A program made the translations under genes and the position numbers. Shown one piece after another: positions 9,280 through 18,893 of a stretch of 64,000 nt of DNA (its first letter is position 1; the number at the start of each line of letters is the position of its first letter). Origin of the DNA: a virus; IMG/VR virus record IMGVR_UViG_3300032046_000013, positions 22,228-86,227 of that record; one strand, 5' to 3'. Below the pieces are notes generated by a model, which was not told the DNA's origin, ran no database searches, and saw nothing but the letters and a program-made list of their open reading frames with translations.

Positions 9280-10131
9280 TTAAGACATGACTCCTTCAAA
9301 ATACGATTGATATCCTGGAATTAAGCCGATCACCCTGAAAATCCTGAACGGCAATCTCTGGCTCTTGAGTCCGATAGGCTGTGGCGGTGTCGCCTTTTTC
9401 CATCCTTCAATGGCCTGATCCCATGATTGTCGTAATTGGGAAGCCAAAGCCTGGTATCGGGGTCCCCGATCAATGCTCAAGCTATGGCCGTCGGTGTAGC
9501 TCATGGCATTCGCTATTTCCATCCGAGCGCGGCTTTCCAGGGCATAGATCAGGCCCCCGGTCGTTATCAGGTCCTCCGGCACGGTATCAAAACTCAGGGG
9601 CCGGTATTGCGGACCGCGAATCACGATATGATCCAAGGCGTTGGCCAGACAGGTCATCAGGGTGTCGGTCGGCCATTGAAACACAGGCTCATCCAGCCGA
9701 TACCAACTCACCAGATCGTCCATTAGTCGGATGCGCAACTGTGTGATGTAATACTGCAGCATCGTGATCTCGCCGATCTCGATCACGCCTCCGATCAGTA
9801 TTTTCAGGTTCCGGCCCTGATAAGTCAGATCACCCGTGAATTCGATTCGATACAGGCCGAACTCCATGAAGGACGGAAGAAAACTGATGCTGTAGCGACC
9901 AGTTCCCAGATGTTCAAGAATTACTGACCCGCCTTCGGCCAGGGTTCCGCTTACCAGTTGGAGATTCAGAACGACTTCGCCCTCGCGGAGGACCCGGGCG
10001 CGAGGGTTATCCACGTCCGCGAGATTGGATTGCGGATCACGGAAGCTAACCCGGATTGAAATCAGGGCTTGCTTCTTCTGCTCCCGCACCTCATTGGGTA
10101 GGGTTGCCCCGAACTCGAAGACTCGGGCCAC
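9280..10131 (-). CDS. putative head-tail adaptor/neck protein
   Basis: N-terminal Ig-like part (ISIRVSFRDP...GTGRYSISF) and a helical C-terminal part (ITQLRIRLMD...SYTDGHSLSIDR). It lies downstream of the capsid genes. Confidence 0.55.
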   Translation of the reverse strand: MARVFEFGATLPNEVREQKKQALISIRVSFRDPQSNLADVDNPRARVLREGEVVLNLQLVSGTLAEGGSVILEHLGTGRYSISFLPSFMEFGLYRIEFTGDLTYQGRNLKILIGGVIEIGEITMLQYYITQLRIRLMDDLVSWYRLDEPVFQWPTDTLMTCLANALDHIVIRGPQYRPLSFDTVPEDLITTGGLIYALESRARMEIANAMSYTDGHSLSIDRGPRYQALASQLRQSWDQAIEGWKKATPPQPIGLKSQRLPFRIFRVIGLIPGYQSYFEGVMS

Positions 10132-10139
10132 AGCATCTC

Positions 10140-10622
10140 CTATCGAGCACCGGACCCGATCTGGGTAGCACGGTCTTCTTCCTCAGCTTGCCTCTTCACC
10201 TCTTCCAACCGAATGTCATATTCATTATCGACCGTCGGGTCTGCGAACTCGTTCATCTCTTTACCGCGTTGCCGTATCACCCCGGCTGGACTGGAAACCG
10301 GATTCCCGGGAACCGGCTCGCCCACTTCCAACTCGACCAAGAACTTGCGTTCGATGAAATCGCGGATCGCCCGGGACTTCAATAGTTGCTCATCCGTGTA
10401 GTAGGCCCCGAGGTCTTTGGTCTCGTGCGGTTCCAGTGTCTCGAAACTCACCATCTGGCCCAGGGCGTTCTGGGTGCCGAGGTCACCGAGGAACAACCGG
10501 GTGTCGGTCATGTTCTTGAACCGCCGCCGCCCCGTGGTGCTGGCCTTCTCGGGTTGAGTATCGAATAACTTTTTCGGTGTCCCGGTAATCCCCTCGTTTC
10601 GGTCGCCTGCTTGCTCGCTCAT
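10140..10622 (-). CDS. hypothetical head-associated protein
   Basis: MSEQAGD start overlaps the upstream stop. It shares a weak motif pattern with the upstream ORF. Confidence 0.5.
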   Translation of the reverse strand: MSEQAGDRNEGITGTPKKLFDTQPEKASTTGRRRFKNMTDTRLFLGDLGTQNALGQMVSFETLEPHETKDLGAYYTDEQLLKSRAIRDFIERKFLVELEVGEPVPGNPVSSPAGVIRQRGKEMNEFADPTVDNEYDIRLEEVKRQAEEEDRATQIGSGAR

Positions 10623-11194
10623 TTCATCCCTCCTGTTTTTCTGCGTCCCCTTCCGGGAACGGTTTCCGCATCGGTGCGGCTCACCCCGAATAGTGCCGTC
10701 GATGACGGCGGTTCGGGAATCTCTGGTTCTGGCAAAGGAACTGGTGGTTCTGCTGGATTTGATGTTGACACTCTCCCAAGAGGTATGGTGCCTCCTTGAT
10801 TGCTTGGCCCATAACCATCGGTCGGCGGTCGATGTGGCGGAGACACTGACTGAGCGACCATACACAGAGCCAATGCCTTGTCCAAATCGGTGAATCGCCG
10901 CAGTTCTGCCGGTGTCCAATTTTGGAGATCAATCCATCCGTTCGGACTGAGACTGATCTTTTCCCGAGACGGTTTGACACTCCCCACGGCTAAAGCCGGG
11001 AGATTCTTCAGAGGCATGATGCCTCCAAACGGCTCTGCCCGAGCCTCAAGGCGCAGGGCGTTGCCCTCGGTATCTGAGCGGCGATTCCGGTCAAGCCCTG
11101 GTGGCGAGTTCAGAACCAACTTCGCCACCGTCACGTTGGTAAAAATTGTGCCTTTATCCAGATCAACCATCGAAAGGGAGGGGCGGGGTCTCAC
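10619..11194 (-). CDS. hypothetical protein, Pro-rich C-terminus
   Basis: ORF directly downstream of the major capsid gene in the same operon. Confidence 0.5.
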   Translation of the reverse strand: MRPRPSLSMVDLDKGTIFTNVTVAKLVLNSPPGLDRNRRSDTEGNALRLEARAEPFGGIMPLKNLPALAVGSVKPSREKISLSPNGWIDLQNWTPAELRRFTDLDKALALCMVAQSVSPPHRPPTDGYGPSNQGGTIPLGRVSTSNPAEPPVPLPEPEIPEPPSSTALFGVSRTDAETVPGRGRRKTGGMK

Positions 11195-11235
11195 ACCGCC
11201 GCCCGCTCCCGTTCCTTTCGTGTCCTGATCACCGA

Positions 11236-12177
11236 TTAGGCGATGATGCTATGGGTCATCTTGGCCACGCCGTTGGCGCAGGTGATGGCCAAGCCGATCA
11301 GTTCGTAGCCCACGAGACCCAGGCGCAGATTCTTCGGATCATCCGCCGGGATCACGTCCACGTCTTTACGGATCGGCATCCATCCGCAGAACTTCGGAGT
11401 CGCCAGGACAAAGACTCGGCCCGCAGTGATCTGGTCCGACACGTAGTAGTCGGCTCCCCAGTGGGAACCCAGGTAGCCAGATTCCCGGACTTCCTGCATT
11501 CCGACCTGGTCCAGGTCCTGGAAAGTCCAACGCCGGATGCCTTGGGTGCCGTAGGGACTCATCAGAACTGCCGCTGGCACGAGCCGGTGCCGTTCCACCT
11601 CGGTAAAGAGCCGAGCCAGATGGTCCCGGTCCATGTAGGTGCTACTGGTGATCGCCGTGTTGTTGATCGTCGAGGCGGTATTCAAGGCACCGAACCCGAT
11701 GAGGTCCTCCCGGAGTTCCATCCCCTCGATCAGCCGGTCCTTGGCACGGTCCAAGGCCCGGAAACGCCGGGTGTAGAGTTCCCGGTAGGGAATCTGCGGA
11801 GTCGCCACGATCTCGAACGGTTCGACCTCTATGCGGGCACCCTTCATCTCGACCATCCGGTTGGTCCCGAATCGTCCGACCTTGACCGCCGGAACGTCCG
11901 GCAAGTCCTTGTCGTAGATCAGGGGCACGCCGTCCGGCATCTGCTCGATCACCACGAACTTCCGAAAGATGCCCTTGTAGTCGAGTTTGGTGCGAACCGG
12001 GTTGGCCATGTTCGCTGCGATCTTCCGCAGTCCCATCTCCGACTGCATGACCCGGGACAGCGCGGCCTCTTTCTGCATCAGCCGCTGGGCCTGTTGAACT
12101 CGGCCCTGGTGGGTCGAGTAATCGGGATGATACGACCGCCGATTCACGGTAGTTACGGGGGCACTTTGAGTTTTCAT
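11236..12177 (-). CDS. major capsid protein (HK97 fold)
   Basis: 313 aa with RTKLDYKGIFRK, PFEIVATPQI, LREDLIGF, VLMSP, WGADYYVS and GLVGYELIGLAI. It follows the protease, scaffold and decoration genes. Confidence 0.88.
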   Translation of the reverse strand: MKTQSAPVTTVNRRSYHPDYSTHQGRVQQAQRLMQKEAALSRVMQSEMGLRKIAANMANPVRTKLDYKGIFRKFVVIEQMPDGVPLIYDKDLPDVPAVKVGRFGTNRMVEMKGARIEVEPFEIVATPQIPYRELYTRRFRALDRAKDRLIEGMELREDLIGFGALNTASTINNTAITSSTYMDRDHLARLFTEVERHRLVPAAVLMSPYGTQGIRRWTFQDLDQVGMQEVRESGYLGSHWGADYYVSDQITAGRVFVLATPKFCGWMPIRKDVDVIPADDPKNLRLGLVGYELIGLAITCANGVAKMTHSIIA

Positions 12178-12189
12178 CTGTTCACCTCC

Positions 12190-12669
12190 TTATATCAAGA
12201 TCGGGGCCTGGTAAACGTCCAGGGCGGTCGGGGTTGAGGACGGCAGGCCGTCGCCACTGACGATCTTGAGATATGCGGACTTGCCGGTGCCGTTGTCGTT
12301 GTCCCACAGACCATCGGCTCCGACATACAGCGGATCATTCAGGCTGTAAGTCCCGCCAGTCGGAGTCTCGGTCCACGGGGTCGTCCCGTCGGCCTCGGGG
12401 ATCAATCGAAGTTTGTTGCAACCGAAGATCACGGTGCAGATCAGGCTATCCGTCTGCACTGTCTCCGCGATCTGGATGTCGCCCTTCAGATCATACACCG
12501 AGTTGTTTTGGAACACCCCGATGATGTCATCCGAAGTGGCGAGTTTGGCGCCGGAGGCTCCGAGTTTCGCCGGGGACCCGCCGTAATACGGGTTGGACGC
12601 CGCATCAGCGGCGTCCAGGGCGATTTCCCCGTCTTTGAAGCCACCCCACTGAAGGATGTCAACTGACAT
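12190..12669 (-). CDS. capsid decoration/cement protein
   Basis: 159 aa Gly-rich beta protein (IIGVFQN, YSLNDPLYVGADGLW) directly upstream of the capsid gene. Confidence 0.65.
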   Translation of the reverse strand: MSVDILQWGGFKDGEIALDAADAASNPYYGGSPAKLGASGAKLATSDDIIGVFQNNSVYDLKGDIQIAETVQTDSLICTVIFGCNKLRLIPEADGTTPWTETPTGGTYSLNDPLYVGADGLWDNDNGTGKSAYLKIVSGDGLPSSTPTALDVYQAPILI

Positions 12670-12722
12670 GTTTTTCTGCTCTCTATTCTGTGCTCGTCGC
12701 TGAGCACGGTCTGGTTCCCATT

Positions 12723-14945
12723 TCAATCATCCCACATGCTTTCCAGCGAATCCGTGAGTTCATCGCCGCCTTGAACCAACGGCAGATGTTGCGCGGTCTT
12801 TTTCAACCCCTGGACCGGCACGGGCCGGATGTCCTTGGCCATTGCCGCCACGTGCTCGAACTCCCCGGAAGTCATTTTCACGTAGTTTGCCACCTTTTCC
12901 GGTATCTCCATCTGGTCGATCTGCCCTTTTTCCAGAAGCAAGATAGCGACCTTCAGGGCCGGGCCTACCCGGGCTAACCGCTGATTTCTCGCCTCGATTT
13001 CGGCACTGAGCGCGGATGCGACTTTCAATACCGGAATCGCTTCGGCCAGACAACGATTAGCCAACTTCACGGCCTGTCCGATTTTCGCCCGATGCTCTTT
13101 AATCCCCGCCTTGTTTGGGCGGATTTTCATCAGGCTTTCGATCTGATCCCCCACTGTCTTCGTATTGACCATCAGGCCACTGATGGCCGAGGTCAAGTTC
13201 TTGGTGGTGGATTTCAGGGCCGCGTCTTTTTTCCACGAACTGGCCAATGCCCGTAGCTGATCATGCGTTCCGTCGAGGATTTTCAGCCGGGCCACGATTC
13301 CTTTTTTCTCCGCCGAGGTCATGGCCGTGGTGCCCGCCACATCCTCCCGATGTTCGGCATTCAGATAGGCATCGGCGGAGTTCGCCACTTGCTGGGTCTC
13401 GGGCGAGGTCAGGGAAGTATCCGAGCCTTGGGAAATTTCATCTGGTGTTCGGGTTCCCGCATCCGGGCCTGTGTATTCCGGGTGTTCGCCTGCGGGAACC
13501 GAAGCCGCGCCGGGATCGAGTTTCCGGTCCTCGGCCATCCGCAGATACCGCTGGAATTCCCGAACGGCTTTCCGATACTGGGCATTGGAAACCCGGATGG
13601 ATCGCGCATGTTTGCGTCCGATCTCCTGAACCGCTTTTTCAAATGTCAAGCCCGAGGCTATGCGCTTTTTGACCTCGGCCAAAGCCGAAGCCATGATTTT
13701 ATGGACAAACACTTTGGTGGATTCCACTTGTTTCCACCGACGATGTATGACCGATGCCTCGATTTGGTGTCGGACGTGCGCCTGATCCATCCCGGAGATC
13801 TGGAGTTTTTTCGCCTGTTTGATCATCGCCCTTCGATAGGCCCCCTTCATTTGCGCATAATCCGTATCCGAGGCCCCACCGAACTCCTGGGGCATTCGCG
13901 CTTTCGGCGTTGAAGGTGATCCAGTCCGAGCCTCCTGGGCCAGAGCCTGATCCGGGTCAGGACTTCGGGTCATGTCCGGGATATCGACCGCCGCATGGGG
14001 CACCTTGGGATTTGGTTCATTCGAGGCCGGGGTTCCCACATCGGCCCCGGTCTTGTTAGTGCGACCCATCGTTCGGGTTCCGCTACCTGATCGTTTACCG
14101 CCCTGGGATTCCAACGCCTGGATCGCGGATTGGGGATCGCCAAAATCATCAGACGGGCCAACCCGACTCATGGTCTTGGTATCGTAATATCCGACCGAAC
14201 CATCGCCTTGGACTATCGCTGTCAGGCCATCGGGCATCAGGTAACTTCCGTGAACTGTTGCTTGCTTGGCTCCGATGGTCGGAATCTCGGCCTTCTCTGC
14301 CACATCGGTCAAGGCTTTTAACACTTCCTGCTCGGTTTTCACCTGATCTGCCCGGGTTCTAATCTCCTCCTGGATGATCGCATCGGTGCCACCGCTGGGT
14401 TTGCCCGGGGCCGCTACCGGGGTTTCTGCCGGTTCTTCAGCTTCTTCTTTCGGCGCGGGTTCGCCCCCCAGTTCCGGTCCCTCGGCTGGTCTCTGGCCTG
14501 GCCCAGTGGGTTCGCCCTGGGCTTCTTTGGCCATCAGGTGCAGGGCCTCGGCATTGGCCGTGGCCACGGCGGTGATCGCTTGCACTTGCCGCTTCTTCAC
14601 GGCCAGAGTGTAATTGATGTCGGTTTCCTGCTTGGCCGTCTGCACCTGGGACCCGCCCATGCTGGCCACGGGCGGTGCTCCAGGTTCCCGAGTCTCCTGG
14701 GCCTGGGCCGCCACGGCCTGAGTCTGGGTTCCGTAATCCCCTGCGTCGTGCTGAGTCTGGATGTTCGACGCGGCCCGCACGTCCCCGCTTTCGGTTTGGG
14801 CCGTTTTTACTCCCGTTTTGATTCCCGCTTCCGCAGACTTCGCTTCCGCCGTCTTCATTTGTTCCTCCTGCAAGCCGAGTATTTTCCCAAGTTTCTTGAA
14901 TGATCGGCCAAGTGCGGCCTGACTCCGATCAACATTCTCCGCCAT
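12723..14945 (-). CDS. putative scaffolding protein
   Basis: 740 aa, low-complexity and coiled-coil, between protease and decoration/capsid genes. It has many KTA/KQA/KEA motifs. Confidence 0.65.
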   Translation of the reverse strand: MAENVDRSQAALGRSFKKLGKILGLQEEQMKTAEAKSAEAGIKTGVKTAQTESGDVRAASNIQTQHDAGDYGTQTQAVAAQAQETREPGAPPVASMGGSQVQTAKQETDINYTLAVKKRQVQAITAVATANAEALHLMAKEAQGEPTGPGQRPAEGPELGGEPAPKEEAEEPAETPVAAPGKPSGGTDAIIQEEIRTRADQVKTEQEVLKALTDVAEKAEIPTIGAKQATVHGSYLMPDGLTAIVQGDGSVGYYDTKTMSRVGPSDDFGDPQSAIQALESQGGKRSGSGTRTMGRTNKTGADVGTPASNEPNPKVPHAAVDIPDMTRSPDPDQALAQEARTGSPSTPKARMPQEFGGASDTDYAQMKGAYRRAMIKQAKKLQISGMDQAHVRHQIEASVIHRRWKQVESTKVFVHKIMASALAEVKKRIASGLTFEKAVQEIGRKHARSIRVSNAQYRKAVREFQRYLRMAEDRKLDPGAASVPAGEHPEYTGPDAGTRTPDEISQGSDTSLTSPETQQVANSADAYLNAEHREDVAGTTAMTSAEKKGIVARLKILDGTHDQLRALASSWKKDAALKSTTKNLTSAISGLMVNTKTVGDQIESLMKIRPNKAGIKEHRAKIGQAVKLANRCLAEAIPVLKVASALSAEIEARNQRLARVGPALKVAILLLEKGQIDQMEIPEKVANYVKMTSGEFEHVAAMAKDIRPVPVQGLKKTAQHLPLVQGGDELTDSLESMWDD

Positions 14946-15753
14946 GCTCTGCCTCCCCATCGAGTTGCTGGCCCAGCCGCTCAATCAAATGCGCCCAAAA
15001 CATTTTCCCATGTTCTGTCCGATCTTCAGCGGCGATCTTCCACAACGCACCATAGAGCCGATCCCCGGCGATCCAGAGTCCGACCGGGGTTTGCCTCAGA
15101 CCGGATGACGCGAGTTTGGCCAAGATTTTGGCGTTCTGATCCGCTCCCTCCGAGGTGGTGATGATAGAATTTTCAAAGAACACTACGCCCCGGTTCAGTT
15201 CCACCGCTTTTTTTTGTTGGAAATTCGTCGACGCATCGCAGATCATGGTGCCGCGTTTCGGAGGTCTGATGTGATCGCAGAAGTCCTGGGGCATGGCCGC
15301 GACGTTCCCACAGACGTTGCATACCGAGGTCGTGCACCAGGCTCCCATCGAAGTGTCGGTGATCCGCTGTTCCTGTATGGCCCGTTCGATCCCCGGTCGC
15401 CGGGACTCCGCGAGTTTCCGGTCCACGGCCATCAGGACCTTGACGTAATTCTGAGGCGTGTAAACCGCATCCGGGTTTGACCCGATCTTCAGGGATTCGT
15501 CCCAGTTCTCGTGATCCAGGCAGGCCCAGGAATCGACGAAAGTTCGGTAAGCAAGTTTCAGTTCTGCCCGCTCGAAGGCATCGTGATTTTCGTTCGAGCC
15601 GAAATCTTCCCAAGCTGACACTGCCCAGCTCTCAATATAGAAATTTTCTTCTGGATTCAGGGAAAAGCGAATAGCACTTTCTTTGAGTAGGCCCTGGACT
15701 TCGGCCTCGGGCCGGAGCCATAATTGATGGGATCGGGCAAATTTGAAAAACAT
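14929..15753 (-). CDS. prohead (capsid maturation) protease with Zn ribbon
   Basis: Has NENHDAF...YRTF...LDHEN, TSMGA (candidate catalytic Ser), CNVCG...CDH and FFENSII...AD. It sits at the head of the capsid operon. Confidence 0.8.
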   Translation of the reverse strand: MFFKFARSHQLWLRPEAEVQGLLKESAIRFSLNPEENFYIESWAVSAWEDFGSNENHDAFERAELKLAYRTFVDSWACLDHENWDESLKIGSNPDAVYTPQNYVKVLMAVDRKLAESRRPGIERAIQEQRITDTSMGAWCTTSVCNVCGNVAAMPQDFCDHIRPPKRGTMICDASTNFQQKKAVELNRGVVFFENSIITTSEGADQNAKILAKLASSGLRQTPVGLWIAGDRLYGALWKIAAEDRTEHGKMFWAHLIERLGQQLDGEAEHGGEC

Positions 15754-15992
15754 CAGAATTCCCGCAGAGCTTCGGTCAACAAGTCATCTGCACGGTGCGT
15801 TCCCGCACTCCGAATTCGGTTCAGCACCGAGGCTAGAAGTTGAGCCAGTTCCTGGCGTTCATCCTGGGTCGGGGCCACGGCCAGCCGGTTGTAAATTTCG
15901 GTCTGGAGCGTGCGCAGGGCTTCGACTGATGGAGTTTCTTCCCCGCTAAGGTCTGTCCAGGTTCGCCAAAGAGTCGCAAAATCTTGAGCCAT
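15753..15992 (-). CDS. small hypothetical protein, first gene of head operon
   Basis: ATG 15992 (MAQDFATLW) lies 3 nt downstream of the 49-bp repeat, and its stop overlaps the protease start. Confidence 0.55.
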   Translation of the reverse strand: MAQDFATLWRTWTDLSGEETPSVEALRTLQTEIYNRLAVAPTQDERQELAQLLASVLNRIRSAGTHRADDLLTEALREF

Positions 15993-15995
15993 CAC

Positions 15996-16044
15996 AAGAG
16001 ATTCGTTTTGACGAATCAAATTTGTTTCATTGAGGTTAAAAATC
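15996..16044 (-). promoter_or_regulatory. putative late promoter/activator site, copy 1
   Basis: 49-bp match (1 mismatch) to 46573-46621 containing the palindrome GATTCG-TTTTGA-CGAATC. It lies directly upstream of the head operon. Confidence 0.7.
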
Positions 16045-16347
16045 GTATGAAAAAGTTTAAGGCCTTATGCCCGTTTTGGACACTTTTTGCGCATTTTAGT
16101 CCAGTTTGGGGAACTTTGGCAGATCGGACAAAAACTTTATTTGTTAGCTAGATGAAGCACTTACGACCAATTTGGGCTACTTTGGCCCACTTTGGCACAG
16201 AAAAAGCATAGTTTGGAGGTATGAAACTCGATCACAATGGTCACTGGATGTGGCCCGACCCCACGGCTCAAGCCAGGGGCTTTCTCGAAGGATTCTGTAA
16301 GGTTTCACGGGAAACATGTAAGCCAGATTACGAAAGAAGCGTAATCG

Positions 16348-16533
16348 ATGATGAAGCACGAAGATCAAACCTGTAGAGTCTGTGGCTGGACCTCCGGGGA
16401 CTTCCGGCAGGCCGATCTGTGCCTGCCTTGTGCGGAGACCCAGAGACGGCCCCAGGCTATCCCAGAGCCACGAAAGCCCCGGCCCCAGGACATCCGGTTG
16501 AGGCTCCAAACCTCGTTGGTCGGTGCCCCATGA
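16348..16533 (+). CDS. small Zn-finger-like protein
   Basis: CRVC...CLPC motif. Its stop overlaps the next ATG. Confidence 0.4.
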   Translation: MMKHEDQTCRVCGWTSGDFRQADLCLPCAETQRRPQAIPEPRKPRPQDIRLRLQTSLVGAP

Positions 16534-17042
16534 AAATCTACAACCACACGCGAATCCCCACAGCCTTATTGGAGCCGTTGCTTAGCGAAGCAGCAAAGGC
16601 TATTGGAGCTAGATTTTCCAGAGTTCCGGTCCGGGTCACCTGGAGTTCTCGTGGTGCTTATGGAAGACAACTGGATGCCGATGCCATTCGATCCAATAGC
16701 TTAGCCCGAAAACCTCGGACTAAAGAAGGAATATATCGCAAGGTTTGGGTTAAGGTTGACGGCGGATATTTATTTATCAGAATTGGCAAAAAAGGTGATC
16801 CGCTGGAAAGGGCGGAAAAGGCGTTCCAGATAGCCCTCCATGAATGGGCACATATCCGGGATCGCCAGCGCGGTGAGCGGTTTGGAAACTACAACCGCCG
16901 ATGGGCCAACCGGCCTCACGAACGACGGGCCGAGTGCCAGATGCGAGAGACCCTGGAACGTGGATTATCCGCCGAAGCCCAAGAAGCGATCCTGAATCTC
17001 GCGGTCTGGATGGCAGACCAAACGAAAGGAGAAACGCGATGA
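16530..17042 (+). CDS. HEXXH zinc-metallopeptidase-like protein
   Basis: IALHEWAHI plus downstream HERRAE. Start ATG at 16530. Confidence 0.6.
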   Translation: MKIYNHTRIPTALLEPLLSEAAKAIGARFSRVPVRVTWSSRGAYGRQLDADAIRSNSLARKPRTKEGIYRKVWVKVDGGYLFIRIGKKGDPLERAEKAFQIALHEWAHIRDRQRGERFGNYNRRWANRPHERRAECQMRETLERGLSAEAQEAILNLAVWMADQTKGETR

Positions 17043-17117
17043 TCTTCACCCGTAGTTGGTTGACTTGGCTCGGTCTTTGCCAGATCGCCGTGGTTCGGTA
17101 TCGGCGCAGGAAGTCCC

Positions 17118-17351
17118 ATGCAACTCGATAAGAACCATCTCAAGGAGATCGAACGACACCTGATGGTGCATCTCGATCTGGGAATCACGATTCCGGTGCT
17201 CGACGGCAAAGGCGAGGACACTGGCGTGGTGGTCTACGTCGGAACTCCAGTCTTGGGTTTGATCCGGGGCACTCGGGATATGATGACATTTGTGGCTCGG
17301 CACCTGACTCTGGACTTCCAAACCAATCCAAAAGGAGATACCCATGACTGA
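17118..17351 (+). CDS. hypothetical protein
   Basis: AGGAAG RBS, coupled to the next gene. Confidence 0.5.
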   Translation: MQLDKNHLKEIERHLMVHLDLGITIPVLDGKGEDTGVVVYVGTPVLGLIRGTRDMMTFVARHLTLDFQTNPKGDTHD

Positions 17352-18258
17352 CGAAAAACCGATCATTCCCGTCCATCAATGGACTCACGACGGCGACAAA
17401 GTGCTCTTAATCAAGTGCATCAACGCTGACGGCACCAGTGGCCCAAAAAACGAATTCATCTGGCCTAAATCCGGTCCAGTTAAAAGTCCCCAGTGGGACG
17501 GGAAGCCGACCTGCGATGGTGGTGGTTTATTCGGTTGGCCGTGGGGAATCGGAATAGGCAGTGGAAAGGACCCAGATTATCAGGGAATCTGGATCGTGTG
17601 GGCAACTGACCCAAACAGGATTATCGTGGTTGATAATGAAAAGACGAAGGCCCCGGATGGAGAAGTGCTTTACTATGGGGAATGGGTCGGAGCTTTTCGG
17701 ATGGTGCTGCAAGGGCAGATTGCGTGGATTCAGCAATCATCAAGGGGGGCCGCAAGTGCCACGGGTGGGCAGGGGGCCGCAAGTGCCACGGGTTGGCGGG
17801 GGGCCGCAAGTGCCACGAGTTGGCAGGGGGCCGCAAGTGCCACGGGTTGGCAGGGGGCCGCAAGTGCCACGGGTTGGCAGGGGGCCGCAAGTGCCACGGG
17901 TAGGCAGGGGGCCGCAAGTGCCACGGGTTGGCAGGGGGCCGCAAGTGCCACGGGTAGGCAGGGGGCCGCAAGTGCCACGGGTTGGCAGGGGGCCGCAAGT
18001 GCCACGGGTGAGCAGGGAATCGCCACCATCACCGGAGACGAAGGCACAATCGAGGTTGGCTTTGGCGGTATTGCAGCGGTCTGTGCGAAAGTTGTAATCT
18101 GGAAAGTTCATAAAGATGCCGTGCTGATTCAACGATGGAAAGATTTCCGGAACCATTACCAAACGGCAGTGCTCTATCCCAAAAAACTTCGGCTAAAAAC
18201 TGGACGGGTAGTCAAGGTAGTTAAGGGAAAAATCCAGAAGAAGAATTCTCATGGCTGA
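17344..18258 (+). CDS. phage protein with GAASATG beta-solenoid-like repeats
   Basis: N-terminal F-x-WPKSG...[12 protein letters not shown] domain followed by ten 9-aa GAASATGxQ repeats. Confidence 0.75.
   Translation: MTDEKPIIPVHQWTHDGDKVLLIKCINADGTSGPKNEFIWPKSGPVKSPQWDGKPTCDGGGLFGWPWGIGIGSGKDPDYQGIWIVWATDPNRIIVVDNEKTKAPDGEVLYYGEWVGAFRMVLQGQIAWIQQSSRGAASATGGQGAASATGWRGAASATSWQGAASATGWQGAASATGWQGAASATGRQGAASATGWQGAASATGRQGAASATGWQGAASATGEQGIATITGDEGTIEVGFGGIAAVCAKVVIWKVHKDAVLIQRWKDFRNHYQTAVLYPKKLRLKTGRVVKVVKGKIQKKNSHG
17746..18015 (+). repeat. 10 x 27-bp coding tandem repeat
   Basis: Unit GGGGCCGCAAGTGCCACGGGTTGGCAG with variation confined to the last codons of each unit. Confidence 0.95.
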
Positions 18259-18457
18259 AAAACACCAGCCGATCTATATGTCGCTGGCCGCGGCCGCGAG
18301 GATATTGGGTATCACACCCAAGTGGTTTCGTCACCGAGCTAATCGCGGCGATTTTAACCGCATGGAATTTCTCATGGAATTCGGGGGCAAACTCTACGTG
18401 GATCAGCAGAAGTTCCTGGCTTATCTGGATGAACACCATATCAAAACCGAGGACTAA
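18251..18457 (+). CDS. small HTH DNA-binding protein (excisionase/MerR-like)
   Basis: [25 protein letters not shown]...GGKLYVD. Confidence 0.6.
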   Translation: MAEKHQPIYMSLAAAARILGITPKWFRHRANRGDFNRMEFLMEFGGKLYVDQQKFLAYLDEHHIKTED

Positions 18458-18629
18458 AGGGACTCATCGAAATCTCCACGGGCCTAGCCCAACACGTGAG
18501 CATGACCGACGACGGCCTGGCCTTGGCCTCGCGGCTCCGCGCACACAAGGCTCGGGGTGGGAACTTCGCGGGCTTTGATCCGACATGGCCCGTGAATAGC
18601 GCAGAGGAACTTCCTGCATAGGGGAAAAC

Positions 18630-18893
18630 ATGGACTTGCGAGATTTCATATCAGAACTACGAGACATCGAGACGATAAAGGTCAGGGTCTTTCGGGGTTT
18701 TGGCTATTATCATAATTCTGGAAGTTCCTGGACTTGGGATGCGGATTATACTTGGAACCGCCCGGATAATCTCCATGTTAGTCGCAAAGCCGCGATGCGC
18801 TCGGCTCGTCAGTGTTTAGCTCGGTGTTTGCCTGGAGTTCGCATTGAATGGATAGAGAATTCCGAATCTCAGAAAGGACAATCCGATGGCTGA
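18630..18893 (+). CDS. hypothetical protein
   Basis: AGGGG RBS and ATG, overlapping the next start. Confidence 0.45.
   Translation: MDLRDFISELRDIETIKVRVFRGFGYYHNSGSSWTWDADYTWNRPDNLHVSRKAAMRSARQCLARCLPGVRIEWIENSESQKGQSDG

Noticed and set aside
11146-12237. 363-aa plus-strand ORF opposite the capsid gene, and similar long antisense ORFs at 55031-56203, 56521-57705 and 57780-58616
   Set aside because: These are shadow frames of well-supported minus-strand genes in GC-rich DNA, with no recognisable motifs.
17746-18015. Possible CRISPR array
   Set aside because: The units are contiguous 27-mers with no unique spacers, are in frame in a protein, and have no cas genes nearby.
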